From positions 1,166 through 65,165 of the forward strand of contig CAYRDE010000001.1 of assembly GCA_964422935.1 (NCBI GenBank): a stretch of 64,000 nt of DNA, in the 5' to 3' direction. Under the pieces are notes generated by a model. The model was given only the letters and a program-made list of their open reading frames with translations, made no database searches and was not told the DNA's origin. Made by a program: the position numbers and the translations under genes. Below are positions 37,559-47,295 of this stretch, piece by piece (position 1 is the stretch's first letter; each line of letters starts with the position of its first letter). This DNA is from an uncultured Oscillospiraceae bacterium (GTDB lineage Bacteria; Bacillota; Clostridia; Oscillospirales; Oscillospiraceae).

Positions 37559-38001
37559 GAGAGCCTGATTACCATACCATTCTTTACGAAGCGGGCCGCA
37601 ATAACGCCCTGTCTCTCCGGGACGAGGCAGCTGCCCTGGACGGCACCGCCATCCTCTCCCGGGAAGGAGACGTGCCGGACTTTGTGCCCGGGAAGGACTA
37701 CAGCGCCTGGCCCATCGGGTCCCCGGTCCGGGACGATGACCAGGTCTGGCAGCTTCTCCAGCCCTATGACAGCGCCGTCCATCCCGGCCCACCGAGGCAG
37801 CAGCGGGCCCTGTGGGGCCTGTGCCACACGAAAAACCCGGCGGATGCCAAGGCCTGGGTGGATGCCTATGGTACATCCGGAATGTACATGGACGGCGAAT
37901 GCTACCGGGCGGAGAATGGCACCGTGTACCGCTGCCTGGCAGATAATACGGTGTATAATGCGGAAGCACTGCCCAGTGCGTGGGAGGAGGTAAGAGTATG
38001 A
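37555..38001 (+). CDS. Phage protein with CBM-like C-terminus
   Basis: GMYMDGEC...VYRCLADNTVY...PSAWE. Confidence 0.6.
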   Translation: MREPDYHTILYEAGRNNALSLRDEAAALDGTAILSREGDVPDFVPGKDYSAWPIGSPVRDDDQVWQLLQPYDSAVHPGPPRQQRALWGLCHTKNPADAKAWVDAYGTSGMYMDGECYRAENGTVYRCLADNTVYNAEALPSAWEEVRV

Positions 38002-38591
38002 CTGTAAAACAAATTCAGTGCCTGCTGATATACCTGGGATATGATCCGGGTACGGTGGATGGTATTCCAGGAAAAAACACCCGCCGGGCCGTATTGGCAT
38101 TTCAGCATCAGGAGGGACTGGACCAGGATGGGGACCCCGGCCCAATTACACAAGGGACGCTTCTTGCGGCGGTTGCTGCCGGGCGCTTCTATGTGGCGGG
38201 TTCCGACGTGCCTGATGATTCAACGGGGACCTGGTGGGATACAATCAAGTATTTCACCCGGGATGAATTCCGATGCAAATGCGAAGGAAGATACTGCGAC
38301 GGGTTCCCGGCAGAGCCGGAGGAAAAACTTGTGCGACTGGCGGATCTGGTGCGGGAGCATTTCGGAGCGCCTATCACCATATCCAGTGGCGTGAGGTGCC
38401 AGAAGCACAACGATAGTCTGAAAAATTCTGTGAAAAACTCCCGGCATGTTCAAGGGAAGGCTATGGACTTTTGCGTTCAGGGTTTTTCTTCGGCTTCTGT
38501 GCTTGACTATGTCCAGAGCCTGGTACGTGCCGGAGAGCTGCGGTATGCTTACGCAATTGACGGAAGCTATGTCCATATGGACGTGCAATAA
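37998..38591 (+). CDS. Endolysin (PG-binding domain + peptidase M15)
   Basis: LGYDPGTVDGIPGKNT; SSGVRC..HN, SRHVQGKAMD, YVHMDV. Confidence 0.9.
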   Translation: MTVKQIQCLLIYLGYDPGTVDGIPGKNTRRAVLAFQHQEGLDQDGDPGPITQGTLLAAVAAGRFYVAGSDVPDDSTGTWWDTIKYFTRDEFRCKCEGRYCDGFPAEPEEKLVRLADLVREHFGAPITISSGVRCQKHNDSLKNSVKNSRHVQGKAMDFCVQGFSSASVLDYVQSLVRAGELRYAYAIDGSYVHMDVQ

Positions 38592-38610
38592 CACAAAGGA
38601 GGATAAGGAA

Positions 38611-39096
38611 ATGAACGAAAATTTGGTAACCATCAAGACCGCCATTGCGGCATTCCTGACAGCCCTGGGGGCCTTCCTTGGCTGGAAGGGTGTCATGCTG
38701 ATTGCCTGGGTGGCAGTCATGGCACTGGACTATATCAGCGGTACGGCGGCTGCCTGCAAGGCAGGGGAGTGGAACAGCGCCACCGCCCGGGAGGGACTGT
38801 GGCATAAGGGCGGTATGATCGCTGTAGTGCTGGTGTCCGCCATTGCGGATTGGATCATGGTTCTGATTGCCCAGTACATCCCCATCGGCATCCAGTGGCC
38901 CGGGATTATTCTTCCGCTGGTACTGGCCTGGTATATTATTACAGAACTGGGTAGCATCCTGGAGAACGCTGTGAAAATGGGGGCGAAGGTGCCCCAGTGG
39001 CTCATTAAGCTGATGAAGTCGAGCGCTCATATTGTGGAGGAAGCGGGAGAGATTGCGGCTGAGCCCAGCGGAGAACCGGATTGCCGCCGTAAATGA
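38611..39096 (+). CDS. Phage holin (holin_4_1-like)
   Basis: LDYISG, GLWHK, ELGSILEN...G.KVP. Confidence 0.85.
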   Translation: MNENLVTIKTAIAAFLTALGAFLGWKGVMLIAWVAVMALDYISGTAAACKAGEWNSATAREGLWHKGGMIAVVLVSAIADWIMVLIAQYIPIGIQWPGIILPLVLAWYIITELGSILENAVKMGAKVPQWLIKLMKSSAHIVEEAGEIAAEPSGEPDCRRK

Positions 39097-39101
39097 TACG
39101 G

Positions 39102-39200
39102 TTAGTAACGTATTAGTAACACAGGTATACTTGTTCACAAATTGCCTGTGAAATCCAAACAAAAATGCCGTGAAAACAATCGTTTTCACGGCATTTTGGT
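39102..39200. other. Right prophage attachment junction
   Basis: TTAGTAAC direct repeats (arm-type sites) and AAAATGCCGTGAAAAC inverted repeat next to the tRNA 3' end. Confidence 0.65.
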
Positions 39201-39273
39201 ACGCCAGAAGGGACTCGAACCCCCGACCTACTGATTCGTAGTCAGTCACTCTATCCAGCTGAGCTACTGGCGC
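39197..39273 (-). tRNA. tRNA-Arg(ACG), prophage integration target
   Basis: GCGCCAGTAGCTCAGCTGGATAGAG...CT-ACG-AA...GGTTCGAGTCC...TGGCGTACCA. Confidence 0.97.
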
Positions 39274-39351
39274 ATAACACGTTTCGTAACTTGCTGAAAT
39301 ATAATAGCACAGTCTTCCGGAAAAAGCAAGCCCTTTTTTCTGTTTTTCCAC

Positions 39352-40848
39352 TTATTTTTTCTTTTTCCTTCTCAGAACAAAAACAGACAGAGAGCAAGCG
39401 GCAATCACAGTGAAAACAGCCACACTGGCTCTGCGGCGCAGCCGTGCTTCCCGCCTGACAAGGGCTTCCGCTCTGCGCTGATGCAGCGCCACTTCCTCCT
39501 GCTGCTCCCGGATATGCTGCCGGGTTACGGCGAAATCCCGGGCCGTTTGAAGGGCGTTCAGAGAATTCTCCTGATTTTTTGCAAAGGCAGCCATGACCTG
39601 CTGCTGGCGATAGGAGGTCAGGTTCTCGAAGAGATCCTGCTCTCCCGTATCGGGGCCGACGGTGGTGCGGTAAAGCCCGTATTGGCACGGACTGTATCGG
39701 GGGATGTCCGAGGCAAGGTCATAGGCGGTAATCCACTGGGTAACGCCTCCAACCTGGCTTTTGTGACAGCCAAACCCAAGCGTTTTGGATACCTGAAAGG
39801 CGGTCATGCCATCAAATCGGGACAGAGGCTGATCCAGGTCCAGGGTAATAGGATTTTCCTCCCATAGATGCAGGTAGGTTTTGGGAACCTGCCAGGTGCC
39901 ATAGCGGTCCGTAAGCCCGGGAAAGCTGTCGGGAGCTTCCGCCGCCTCGACGCCCCGGCAGAGAAGCGCGGCAAACATGGCGTGCTGACCATGACCGTAT
40001 TCTCCGTTTATATCGTGTCCGACGACGACCTGGGGCCGATAGCGGCGCAGCTGTTCCACCACAAAGCCCAGCAGCGCCTCCTCCGACTGACCATTTCGCT
40101 GATGGATTGCCAGGGCCTGCTGCGCTCTGTGACAAAAGTAGTCCCCAAAGGTTCCGAATACCGGATAGGTAGTTACACCAACAGACCACAGACCGTTGAG
40201 CATTTCGTGACAGCGGACAGTACCCCGGTTGCGGTGATTCGTCAGATACACCACCAGGGTTTCATATCCCCGTTCCCCGGCATAGTCGGGAAGCAGCCCG
40301 GCAAAGAAAAGATGCTCGTCGTCGCCATGGGCAGAGAAGAGAATCAGATCGGTTTCTCCCTCCTTAGGCGCTTTCCATTTCTGAACACAGTCGGGTACTT
40401 CCCCCGGGGTAAACAAAGTCAGCTCATTGATTCGAACCTCCCCGGAGGGAAAGAGGAAGGTGAGAGCCTCCGGCGCATAGCCGAAGACCCCTTCGAAATC
40501 CAGAAATTCGTGAAGAAAGCCCTCTTCTCCGAAGGTGTGGGTTATGTCCTTTTCCGGGTCAGTGACCGTATAAGAGCCGGGTTCCGTGTCAAAAATCAAA
40601 TATGCGGAGCCAATGCCTCCCGGCTTCCGAAAGGTCAGACAGGCATCGTTTGGAAGCGTGGTGGCCTGTAATTCGTTTCCGTCAAAAAGCCGGGACAGGT
40701 CGGACGCACCCTCCCAGGCGGTAAGAAATTCCCTGCCCGGAATCCTTTCGGCGGCATCTTCGGCAGCCTGGGCGGCGGGAAGAGCAGGCAGCAGGAGAAG
40801 CAGGGAAAGAAGCAGACACACAATGGGACGATAGAAAATCATAGGCAT
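39352..40848 (-). CDS. Exported PIG-L family deacetylase
   Basis: Signal peptide, SAHGDDE, GEYGHGQH, C-terminal TM. Confidence 0.8.
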   Translation of the reverse strand: MPMIFYRPIVCLLLSLLLLLPALPAAQAAEDAAERIPGREFLTAWEGASDLSRLFDGNELQATTLPNDACLTFRKPGGIGSAYLIFDTEPGSYTVTDPEKDITHTFGEEGFLHEFLDFEGVFGYAPEALTFLFPSGEVRINELTLFTPGEVPDCVQKWKAPKEGETDLILFSAHGDDEHLFFAGLLPDYAGERGYETLVVYLTNHRNRGTVRCHEMLNGLWSVGVTTYPVFGTFGDYFCHRAQQALAIHQRNGQSEEALLGFVVEQLRRYRPQVVVGHDINGEYGHGQHAMFAALLCRGVEAAEAPDSFPGLTDRYGTWQVPKTYLHLWEENPITLDLDQPLSRFDGMTAFQVSKTLGFGCHKSQVGGVTQWITAYDLASDIPRYSPCQYGLYRTTVGPDTGEQDLFENLTSYRQQQVMAAFAKNQENSLNALQTARDFAVTRQHIREQQEEVALHQRRAEALVRREARLRRRASVAVFTVIAACSLSVFVLRRKKKK

Positions 40849-40941
40849 TCTCCTTCAAAGTAATGGAGCAGAAAAGCATCCCTTGACAGCCAATCCAACC
40901 CTATTGTACAATAAGGAAAAAAGTCGAAAGGAAGGAAGGCA

Positions 40942-41988
40942 TTGGTGGAGGAAATCGGGAGACTGCCAAAGCTTCTGCTGCCCTGGTACGCGGAACACCG
41001 CCGGGAGCTGCCATGGCGGAAGGATCGGCAGCCGTATCACATCTGGCTGTCAGAGATCATGCTCCAGCAGACCCGGGTGGAGGCGGTACGGGGATATTAT
41101 GCCCGTTTTTTGGAGATTCTTCCCACCGTGGAAGCGCTGGCTTCCTGCGATGACGAGACCCTTCACAAGCTATGGGAGGGGCTGGGCTATTACAGCCGGG
41201 TGCGGAATCTGAAAAAAGCAGCGGGAATCATCCTGGAGACATATCACGGTATTTTCCCCAAAACCTATGAGGAGATTCTGGCCCTTCCGGGAATCGGAGA
41301 ATATACGGCGGGGGCCATCTGCTCCATCGCCTACGATCTGCCCACACCGGCGGTGGACGGAAATGTGCTGCGGGTAATGTCCCGGCTGCTGGACGATCCC
41401 ACGCCCATCGATCAGCCCGCGGTCAAAGAAAAGGTGAGGCGGATACTTGCCGGAATCTACCCGAAAGAGGCGGGAGATTTCACCCAGGCCCTGATGGAGC
41501 TGGGAGCCACCCTTTGCGGCCCCAACCGGAAGCCGGATTGTGGTCATTGCCCCTGCAAGCCCATTTGCCGGGCCTGCCAGAGGGGCACAGCGGAGGCGCT
41601 GCCGGTGAAAACGCCCAAGAAGGAGCGCCGTCAGGAGGACAGAACGGTTTTTATTCTCAGCTGCAATGGGAAATTCGCCCTGGAAAAGCGGCAGGAGGGG
41701 GGCCTCCTGGGGGGATTATGGCAGTTTCCCAACGTTCCGGGCAAGCTGCCTACCGGGGAGGCTCTGGAGGCGGTGGAGCAAATGGGACTTACCCCCAGGC
41801 AGATTACCAAGGAAATCTTCCGCAAGCATATCTTCACCCACATTCAGTGGAATATGAAGGGGATTTATCTGGAGGTTTCGGAAAGCGCCGGGACCTTTCA
41901 GTGGCTGACCGCGGAGCAAATTGACAAAGAGACGGCACTGCCTACGGCATTTCGGCAGTTCTGGCAGGAGGAAGAGAAACATGTATGA
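40942..41988 (+). CDS. mutY: A/G-specific adenine glycosylase
   Basis: WLSEIMLQQT, LPGIGEYTA HhH, VDGNV, 4Fe-4S Cys cluster. Confidence 0.95.
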   Translation: MVEEIGRLPKLLLPWYAEHRRELPWRKDRQPYHIWLSEIMLQQTRVEAVRGYYARFLEILPTVEALASCDDETLHKLWEGLGYYSRVRNLKKAAGIILETYHGIFPKTYEEILALPGIGEYTAGAICSIAYDLPTPAVDGNVLRVMSRLLDDPTPIDQPAVKEKVRRILAGIYPKEAGDFTQALMELGATLCGPNRKPDCGHCPCKPICRACQRGTAEALPVKTPKKERRQEDRTVFILSCNGKFALEKRQEGGLLGGLWQFPNVPGKLPTGEALEAVEQMGLTPRQITKEIFRKHIFTHIQWNMKGIYLEVSESAGTFQWLTAEQIDKETALPTAFRQFWQEEEKHV

Positions 41989-42766
41989 TTTTCATATGCA
42001 CTCCCGGGTTTCCTTTGACGGACACGATCCTGGAGAAAGCCTGGCAAGGGCGGCGCTGGAAAAGGGTATGCGGGAAATCTGCTTTACCGACCACATGGAC
42101 TATGACCCCTTGGCGGAGAAACAGACCATGCTTTTTACCCAGGAGCGGTACGGCGCGGAATATGACGGTCTTGCCCTGCCCGGGCTGAAAATTCGCCTGG
42201 GGGTGGAATTCGGCATGAACCCCGATAACGCGGACACCTTCCGGCAGGATGTTAAGGCCCGGGAGTATGACTTCGTTTTGGGTTCCGTCCATTTCGTGGA
42301 CGGGCTGGATGTGTACTGGAAGCCCTATTGGGAAGGGAAGACGGTAGAGCAGGCGGAGCGGCGGTATCTGGAGGAGACCCTTACCTGCGTGCAGCGGCAG
42401 GATGCCTTCGATGTACTGGCCCATCTGAATTTCCTGAGCAAGGCCCCGGCTTGTCCCTTGCCCCGACCCCTTCCCTATGAAACCCACCGGGAACTTGTGG
42501 ACGAAATTCTGCGGACGCTGGCTGCAAAGGGAAAGGGACTGGAAATGAATACCAGCGGCGTTGACCGGGGGGTTGACTTTCTGCCGACGTTGGATTTCTT
42601 CCGGCGCTTCAAGGAGCTGGGGGGCGAAATCGTCACCGTTGGCTCCGATGCCCACCGGTGCAATCGGGTAGGGCAGTACTGTAACGATGCTTGCGCCATT
42701 TTGGGCGATATTTTCGGCTATGTCTGTACATTCGAAAGGCGTAAACCGATCTTCCATAAGCTGTGA
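41981..42766 (+). CDS. HisJ-family PHP phosphatase
   Basis: DFHMHS, FTDH, GSVH, GSDAH. Confidence 0.85.
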   Translation: MYDFHMHSRVSFDGHDPGESLARAALEKGMREICFTDHMDYDPLAEKQTMLFTQERYGAEYDGLALPGLKIRLGVEFGMNPDNADTFRQDVKAREYDFVLGSVHFVDGLDVYWKPYWEGKTVEQAERRYLEETLTCVQRQDAFDVLAHLNFLSKAPACPLPRPLPYETHRELVDEILRTLAAKGKGLEMNTSGVDRGVDFLPTLDFFRRFKELGGEIVTVGSDAHRCNRVGQYCNDACAILGDIFGYVCTFERRKPIFHKL

Positions 42767-42834
42767 CCTTGCATTTCTTTCCATAATGTGATAAAATATT
42801 CTGAAAACAATGAAAAAAAGGATGTGCATCGGCT

Positions 42835-44247
42835 ATGAAAAAGCTGAGTCGTGGCGCATATGAGGATACAAAGGGCTTTCTCCGGGTGGCGGAAACGCTG
42901 CTGGAGGTGCTGATCCTGACGCTTATGTACTACTGGGTTTGGGATACGGGATATGATCTTTCTTATTTCGCCTATAAAGGCAAGTATGTGCTGATGGGCG
43001 TGTATGCGGTGCTGACCTATGTGTTCTTTCAGAATTCGGAATGCACCATGTTCGGGCATTTAAGCCGGGTGGATCTGGTGCTCGGACAGGTGATTGCCCT
43101 GTTCCTGGTGAACTTCATTACCTATTTCCAGCTCTGTCTGATTGCCAACGCCATGCTCTCTCCAGTGCCCATTTTTACCCTGTACGGCATGGAAATCGTT
43201 GTGGCGGTGGTGCTGGTCATGCTCTACGCTGGGCTGTATCACAGGCTCTATGCCCCCCACAACATGCTGCTGATTTACGGCAATAAGCGGGGCGTGGGCT
43301 TAAAGCTCAAAATGGACACCCGCCGGGACAAGTACCATATCAGCGGCCTGCTCAGCGCCGAGGAAGGGTATGGGGTAATCTGCCGGGAGATCCCCAAGTA
43401 TGACGCGGTGATTCTCAATGACATCCCTGCCCAGCTTCGCAACGATATCCTGAAATTCTGCTACCGCTATCGGGTGCGCACTTATGTGGCCCCCAAGCTG
43501 ACGGACATCATGCTCCGGGGAGCGAAGAATAACACTTTGTTTGATACGCCTCTGCTACTGGTAAAGGGCACGGGCCTGACCCCTGCCCAACGGGTGGTGA
43601 AGCGGGGAATGGACATCCTGCTGTGCGGCATTGCCATGATTCCCGCGGCGCCCATTATGCTGGTGATTGCGGCAGCGATCAAGCTGGAGGACGGCGGACC
43701 GGTGTTCTACAAGCAGAAGCGCATGACCCAGTGGGGACGGGAATTTGAGATTCTGAAATTCCGCAGCATGATTGTGGACGCGGAGAAGTATGCCGGAGCG
43801 GTGCTTGCCACGGAGGAGGACCCCCGGATTACCAAGGTTGGCAAGGTCATCCGGGCCATCCGTCTGGACGAGCTGCCCCAGCTTCTCAACATTCTGAAGG
43901 GAGATATGAGCATTGTTGGCCCCAGGCCGGAGCGGAAGGTCATTGCGGAGGAATACTACAAGGAAATTCCGGAGTTTGCCTATCGGCTGAAGGTCAAGGG
44001 CGGCCTGACCGGTTACGCCCAGATTTACGGTAAGTATAATACCAATGCCTACGATAAGCTCCGGCTGGACCTGATGTATATTGAGAACTACTCCCTGCTG
44101 CTGGATGTGAAGCTGATCATTCTGACACTGCGGATTCTGTTCAGTAAGGACAGCACCGAGGGAGTCGATGTGGCGGCGGAAAACGCGCGAAAAGCGGAGG
44201 AGCTGGCACAAATGCTGGAGCAGCAGGAGAATAAGGGCGGCAAATAA
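42835..44247 (+). CDS. Polyprenyl glycosylphosphotransferase (sugar transferase)
   Basis: KFRSM, LDELPQL, SIVGPRPE, GLTGYAQ. Confidence 0.9.
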   Translation: MKKLSRGAYEDTKGFLRVAETLLEVLILTLMYYWVWDTGYDLSYFAYKGKYVLMGVYAVLTYVFFQNSECTMFGHLSRVDLVLGQVIALFLVNFITYFQLCLIANAMLSPVPIFTLYGMEIVVAVVLVMLYAGLYHRLYAPHNMLLIYGNKRGVGLKLKMDTRRDKYHISGLLSAEEGYGVICREIPKYDAVILNDIPAQLRNDILKFCYRYRVRTYVAPKLTDIMLRGAKNNTLFDTPLLLVKGTGLTPAQRVVKRGMDILLCGIAMIPAAPIMLVIAAAIKLEDGGPVFYKQKRMTQWGREFEILKFRSMIVDAEKYAGAVLATEEDPRITKVGKVIRAIRLDELPQLLNILKGDMSIVGPRPERKVIAEEYYKEIPEFAYRLKVKGGLTGYAQIYGKYNTNAYDKLRLDLMYIENYSLLLDVKLIILTLRILFSKDSTEGVDVAAENARKAEELAQMLEQQENKGGK

Positions 44248-44249
44248 AA

Positions 44250-44292
44250 AAATCCGACCGGAGCAGTTAACTGCTTCGGTCGGTACTTTTTT
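44250..44292. terminator. Bidirectional terminator
   Basis: CCGACCGGAGCAG/CTGCTTCGGTCGG flanked by A and T runs. Confidence 0.75.
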
Positions 44293-44297
44293 GGGCG

Positions 44298-45395
44298 TTA
44301 GACGTTGAACAGGAAGTTTACGATGTCGCCATCCTTCATAACATATTCCTTACCCTCGCTGCGAACCAGGCCCTTGGCCTTTGCCGCCGCCATGGTGCCG
44401 CAGGCCTTCATATCCGCAAAGGCAATGACCTCTGCCCGGATGAAGCCCCGCTCAAAGTCCGTGTGGATTTTGCCGGCGGCCTGAGGCGCTTTGGTGCCCC
44501 GCTTGATGGTCCAGGCCCGGCACTCGTCGCTGCCGGCGGTGAGGAAGGAAATCAGGCCCAGCAGGGAGTAGGAGCTGCGGATCAGCCGGTCCAGGCCGCT
44601 TTCCTTGAGGCCCAGCTCCTCCATAAACATGGCCTTTTCCTCGGGGTCGTCCAGCTCGGCAATGTCCGCCTCCAGCTTGGCGCAGATGGGGAGCACCTGG
44701 GAGCCTTCGCTGTCAGCCAGATTCTTGACTGCCATATAGTGGCGGCTGCTTTCGGGGGTATTCACCTCGTCCTCACCCAGGTTGGCAACATAAATGGTCT
44801 TTTTCAGGGTGAGCAGGTCGGAGGTGGAAATCAGGGCCAGATCGTCAGGGTCGTCGGTAAAGGTCCTTGCCAGCTTGCCCTCATTCAGGTGGGCCAGCAG
44901 GTCGGTGAAAACCTGAACCTCCCGCTGGAACTTCTTGTCCCCGCCCTTCATGGCCTTCTGGGCCTTGTCAATGCGCCGCTCCACCATTTCGATGTCCGCC
45001 ATGACCAGCTCCAGATTGATGATGTCAATGTCCCGGAGGGGATCGGTGCTGCCCTCCACATGGGTGACGTTGCTGTCCTCAAAGCAGCGGACCACATGAA
45101 CAATGGCGTCGGTGGTACGGATGTTGCTGAGGAATTTGTTGCCCAGTCCCTCGCCCTTGCTGGCGCCCTTCACAAGGCCCGCGATATCCACGAACTCCAC
45201 AATAGCGGGGGTGGTCTTCTTGGGTTTGTGCAGGTCGGAAAGCCAGTCTAAACGCTCGTCAGGAACGGATACCACGCCCACGTTGGGGTCGATGGTACAG
45301 AAAGCGTAGTTGTCAGCAGGGACGCCTGCGTTGGTGATGGCGTTAAAAAGGGTGGACTTGCCTACGTTGGGAAGTCCCACGATACCGAGTTTCAT
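44298..45395 (-). CDS. ychF: Ribosome-binding ATPase YchF
   Basis: [37 protein letters not shown]. Confidence 0.97.
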   Translation of the reverse strand: MKLGIVGLPNVGKSTLFNAITNAGVPADNYAFCTIDPNVGVVSVPDERLDWLSDLHKPKKTTPAIVEFVDIAGLVKGASKGEGLGNKFLSNIRTTDAIVHVVRCFEDSNVTHVEGSTDPLRDIDIINLELVMADIEMVERRIDKAQKAMKGGDKKFQREVQVFTDLLAHLNEGKLARTFTDDPDDLALISTSDLLTLKKTIYVANLGEDEVNTPESSRHYMAVKNLADSEGSQVLPICAKLEADIAELDDPEEKAMFMEELGLKESGLDRLIRSSYSLLGLISFLTAGSDECRAWTIKRGTKAPQAAGKIHTDFERGFIRAEVIAFADMKACGTMAAAKAKGLVRSEGKEYVMKDGDIVNFLFNV

Positions 45396-45621
45396 GTAAT
45401 TTCTACCTGTTCAGAAAGCCTTGGTTACTTTGGCCTCTGCCTTTCGTCGTTTTTTATGACTGCTTTTATGTAAGAAGTCAATTCCGCAATTCAATTATTT
45501 AATATAGCATAAAGCCATCTTTTTTGCAATACGGGTTTTGGTTTTCCGGAGAATTTTACCCTTCGAAAGATAGCGGGCGGTGCCAACCGGCACCGCCCGC
45601 AACAGGACTTTGGGTTTTCAA

Positions 45622-46206
45622 TCAGGTAATTTTGGTGAGATACTGAATGGAGCTGACGGCGTCATTTTCGAAGAGGATCGTCAGGCTGATATCTCCGTCA
45701 GCCATGATACAGGCGCCGTTGTCGGCGAAGTTCTCTTCCCCATAGGCAGCCGCTACGCCGTCCCGGTTCATGCCGATGTACACACCCTCGGGGGTGGTAA
45801 TGGTGTCATCCACAATCCAGAGGGACTGGACACGCTCACCGTCCTGGGCGGCGTAGGTCTGGAGATAGAAGCTGCCGTAGAAGTAGGTCCGGTCCATGCC
45901 CTCGTAGGCGCAGCTGGCTTCCTCGGTGAAGCTCTTGGGCTCTCCCAGCTGATCCACAATGGGCTGGGCCAGGGCGTTCATGGGAATCTCAATGCCCTTG
46001 TAGGCAAATACGGGAACCGTGGCGGCAGAGGCAGTGGGAGCCTGGGTCGCGGCTTCTGTAGCAGCCTCGGTGGGAGCCGGTGCGGGAGCCTGGGTTTCCG
46101 CTGCCACAGGAGCGGCGGGGGTGGTGGGCTGTTCTTCCTTGCCGCCGCAGGCGGTCAGGGACAGGGCCAGTACCACACTCAGTACAAGACAAATCCATTT
46201 TTTCAT
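45622..46206 (-). CDS. Lipoprotein
   Basis: LTAC lipobox; Pro/Ala/Thr linker. Confidence 0.8.
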   Translation of the reverse strand: MKKWICLVLSVVLALSLTACGGKEEQPTTPAAPVAAETQAPAPAPTEAATEAATQAPTASAATVPVFAYKGIEIPMNALAQPIVDQLGEPKSFTEEASCAYEGMDRTYFYGSFYLQTYAAQDGERVQSLWIVDDTITTPEGVYIGMNRDGVAAAYGEENFADNGACIMADGDISLTILFENDAVSSIQYLTKIT

Positions 46207-46227
46207 GTTTGTTTCCTCCAAAATATG

Positions 46228-47286
46228 TTATGATTTTTGCTTTTCCAGGGATTCCAATTGGGTTTTTCGGGCGTGATAGACCCTGACATTTTCCGACCAG
46301 ACTTCCTCCAGTTCGGCCTCGCCCCGCCGGTCGGTCAGTCCGCATTGCCCGGTCAGGATACGACCAAAATAGTCGGACAGCTTTTCCGCACCGTATACAT
46401 TCAGATGCAGGCCGGTATCATAGGTATCCGTATTCCAGTCAATCCCGATTTCCTCGATGCTTTGGGTGAGATTCAGGTACAGAAGGCCATGGTCCCGGGC
46501 ATACTGACTGAGCTGTTCGTCCCACTGGGGCCACCAGGCGGGATAGAGAACCGGGGCCTTGATCAGCACAAGCTGGGTGCCGTGGGCCGCGCAAAGTTCT
46601 GCCATTTTGTCAAGGTAATCAAAGCTGGCGGCGGGGAGGGTATAGTCAGCAAGAGGCCGGGAGGCATGCTCCGCCTCCATGGGCCTGACGCCTGCCTGCA
46701 TGAGATAGCCGCTGTCCGTCACCCGGTCCCGATGGAAGAGGTATTTCAGGTCCTCCGTTTTCAGCTCCGACCAGCGGTCGTGATACCGCAGAAGGGGGAA
46801 GAGGTAGAGCATGGGGCCGCCCTTTTCCTTCTCCATTTCGGTCATGGAGGCCTGGATGGCGTTCCATTTGGAGGAGGACCACTTCATGGTATCCAGGGTC
46901 ATCCGGTTGTAGGCCTCCTGCTTGGCAGCGGGGCCGGCGCTGGCAGGGTCCCCAAATTCCATGGACAGGACATTGAAGACCATGACCTTGGGGGTTTCAT
47001 AGCGGAAGGTTTCCTCCATCAGGTAGTAGGACTGCCAGATCAGCTGCTGGGCGCTGCCCCGGATGTAGGAGGGAATGCCGTAGTTTTCCCACAGGGTAAC
47101 GGGGGAGAAGTTCTCATAGACCTCGCAGTCTCCGATGAAGATCACATCGTGATTGCCGGCCTGGGAATAGTACTCTCCGATCATGGCCCCCTCCGGGCTG
47201 GCGGACATGTATTTGGGCACCAGAAGCCCTTGCAGCAGCCCCAGCAGGACCAGCATCAGGGCCAGGGGAATGAGTCGTTTCTTCAT
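46228..47286 (-). CDS. SGNH/DltD-like acyltransferase partner
   Basis: IFIGDC, D..LHLN.YGA; follows the MBOAT gene. Confidence 0.7.
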   Translation of the reverse strand: MKKRLIPLALMLVLLGLLQGLLVPKYMSASPEGAMIGEYYSQAGNHDVIFIGDCEVYENFSPVTLWENYGIPSYIRGSAQQLIWQSYYLMEETFRYETPKVMVFNVLSMEFGDPASAGPAAKQEAYNRMTLDTMKWSSSKWNAIQASMTEMEKEKGGPMLYLFPLLRYHDRWSELKTEDLKYLFHRDRVTDSGYLMQAGVRPMEAEHASRPLADYTLPAASFDYLDKMAELCAAHGTQLVLIKAPVLYPAWWPQWDEQLSQYARDHGLLYLNLTQSIEEIGIDWNTDTYDTGLHLNVYGAEKLSDYFGRILTGQCGLTDRRGEAELEEVWSENVRVYHARKTQLESLEKQKS

Positions 47287-47295
47287 AAGTATACC

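Larger units (their letters stand above)
1..39200. mobile_element. Temperate prophage, podovirus-like gene set, left end outside the window
   Basis: Integrase, CI/Cro, replication, terminase, capsid, portal and lysis genes; no tape-measure or sheath gene recognised; ends at the tRNA-Arg 3' end. Confidence 0.95.

Noticed and set aside
36335-38001. Diversity-generating retroelement acting on the tail fibre
   Set aside because: No reverse transcriptase and no TR/VR repeat pair seen
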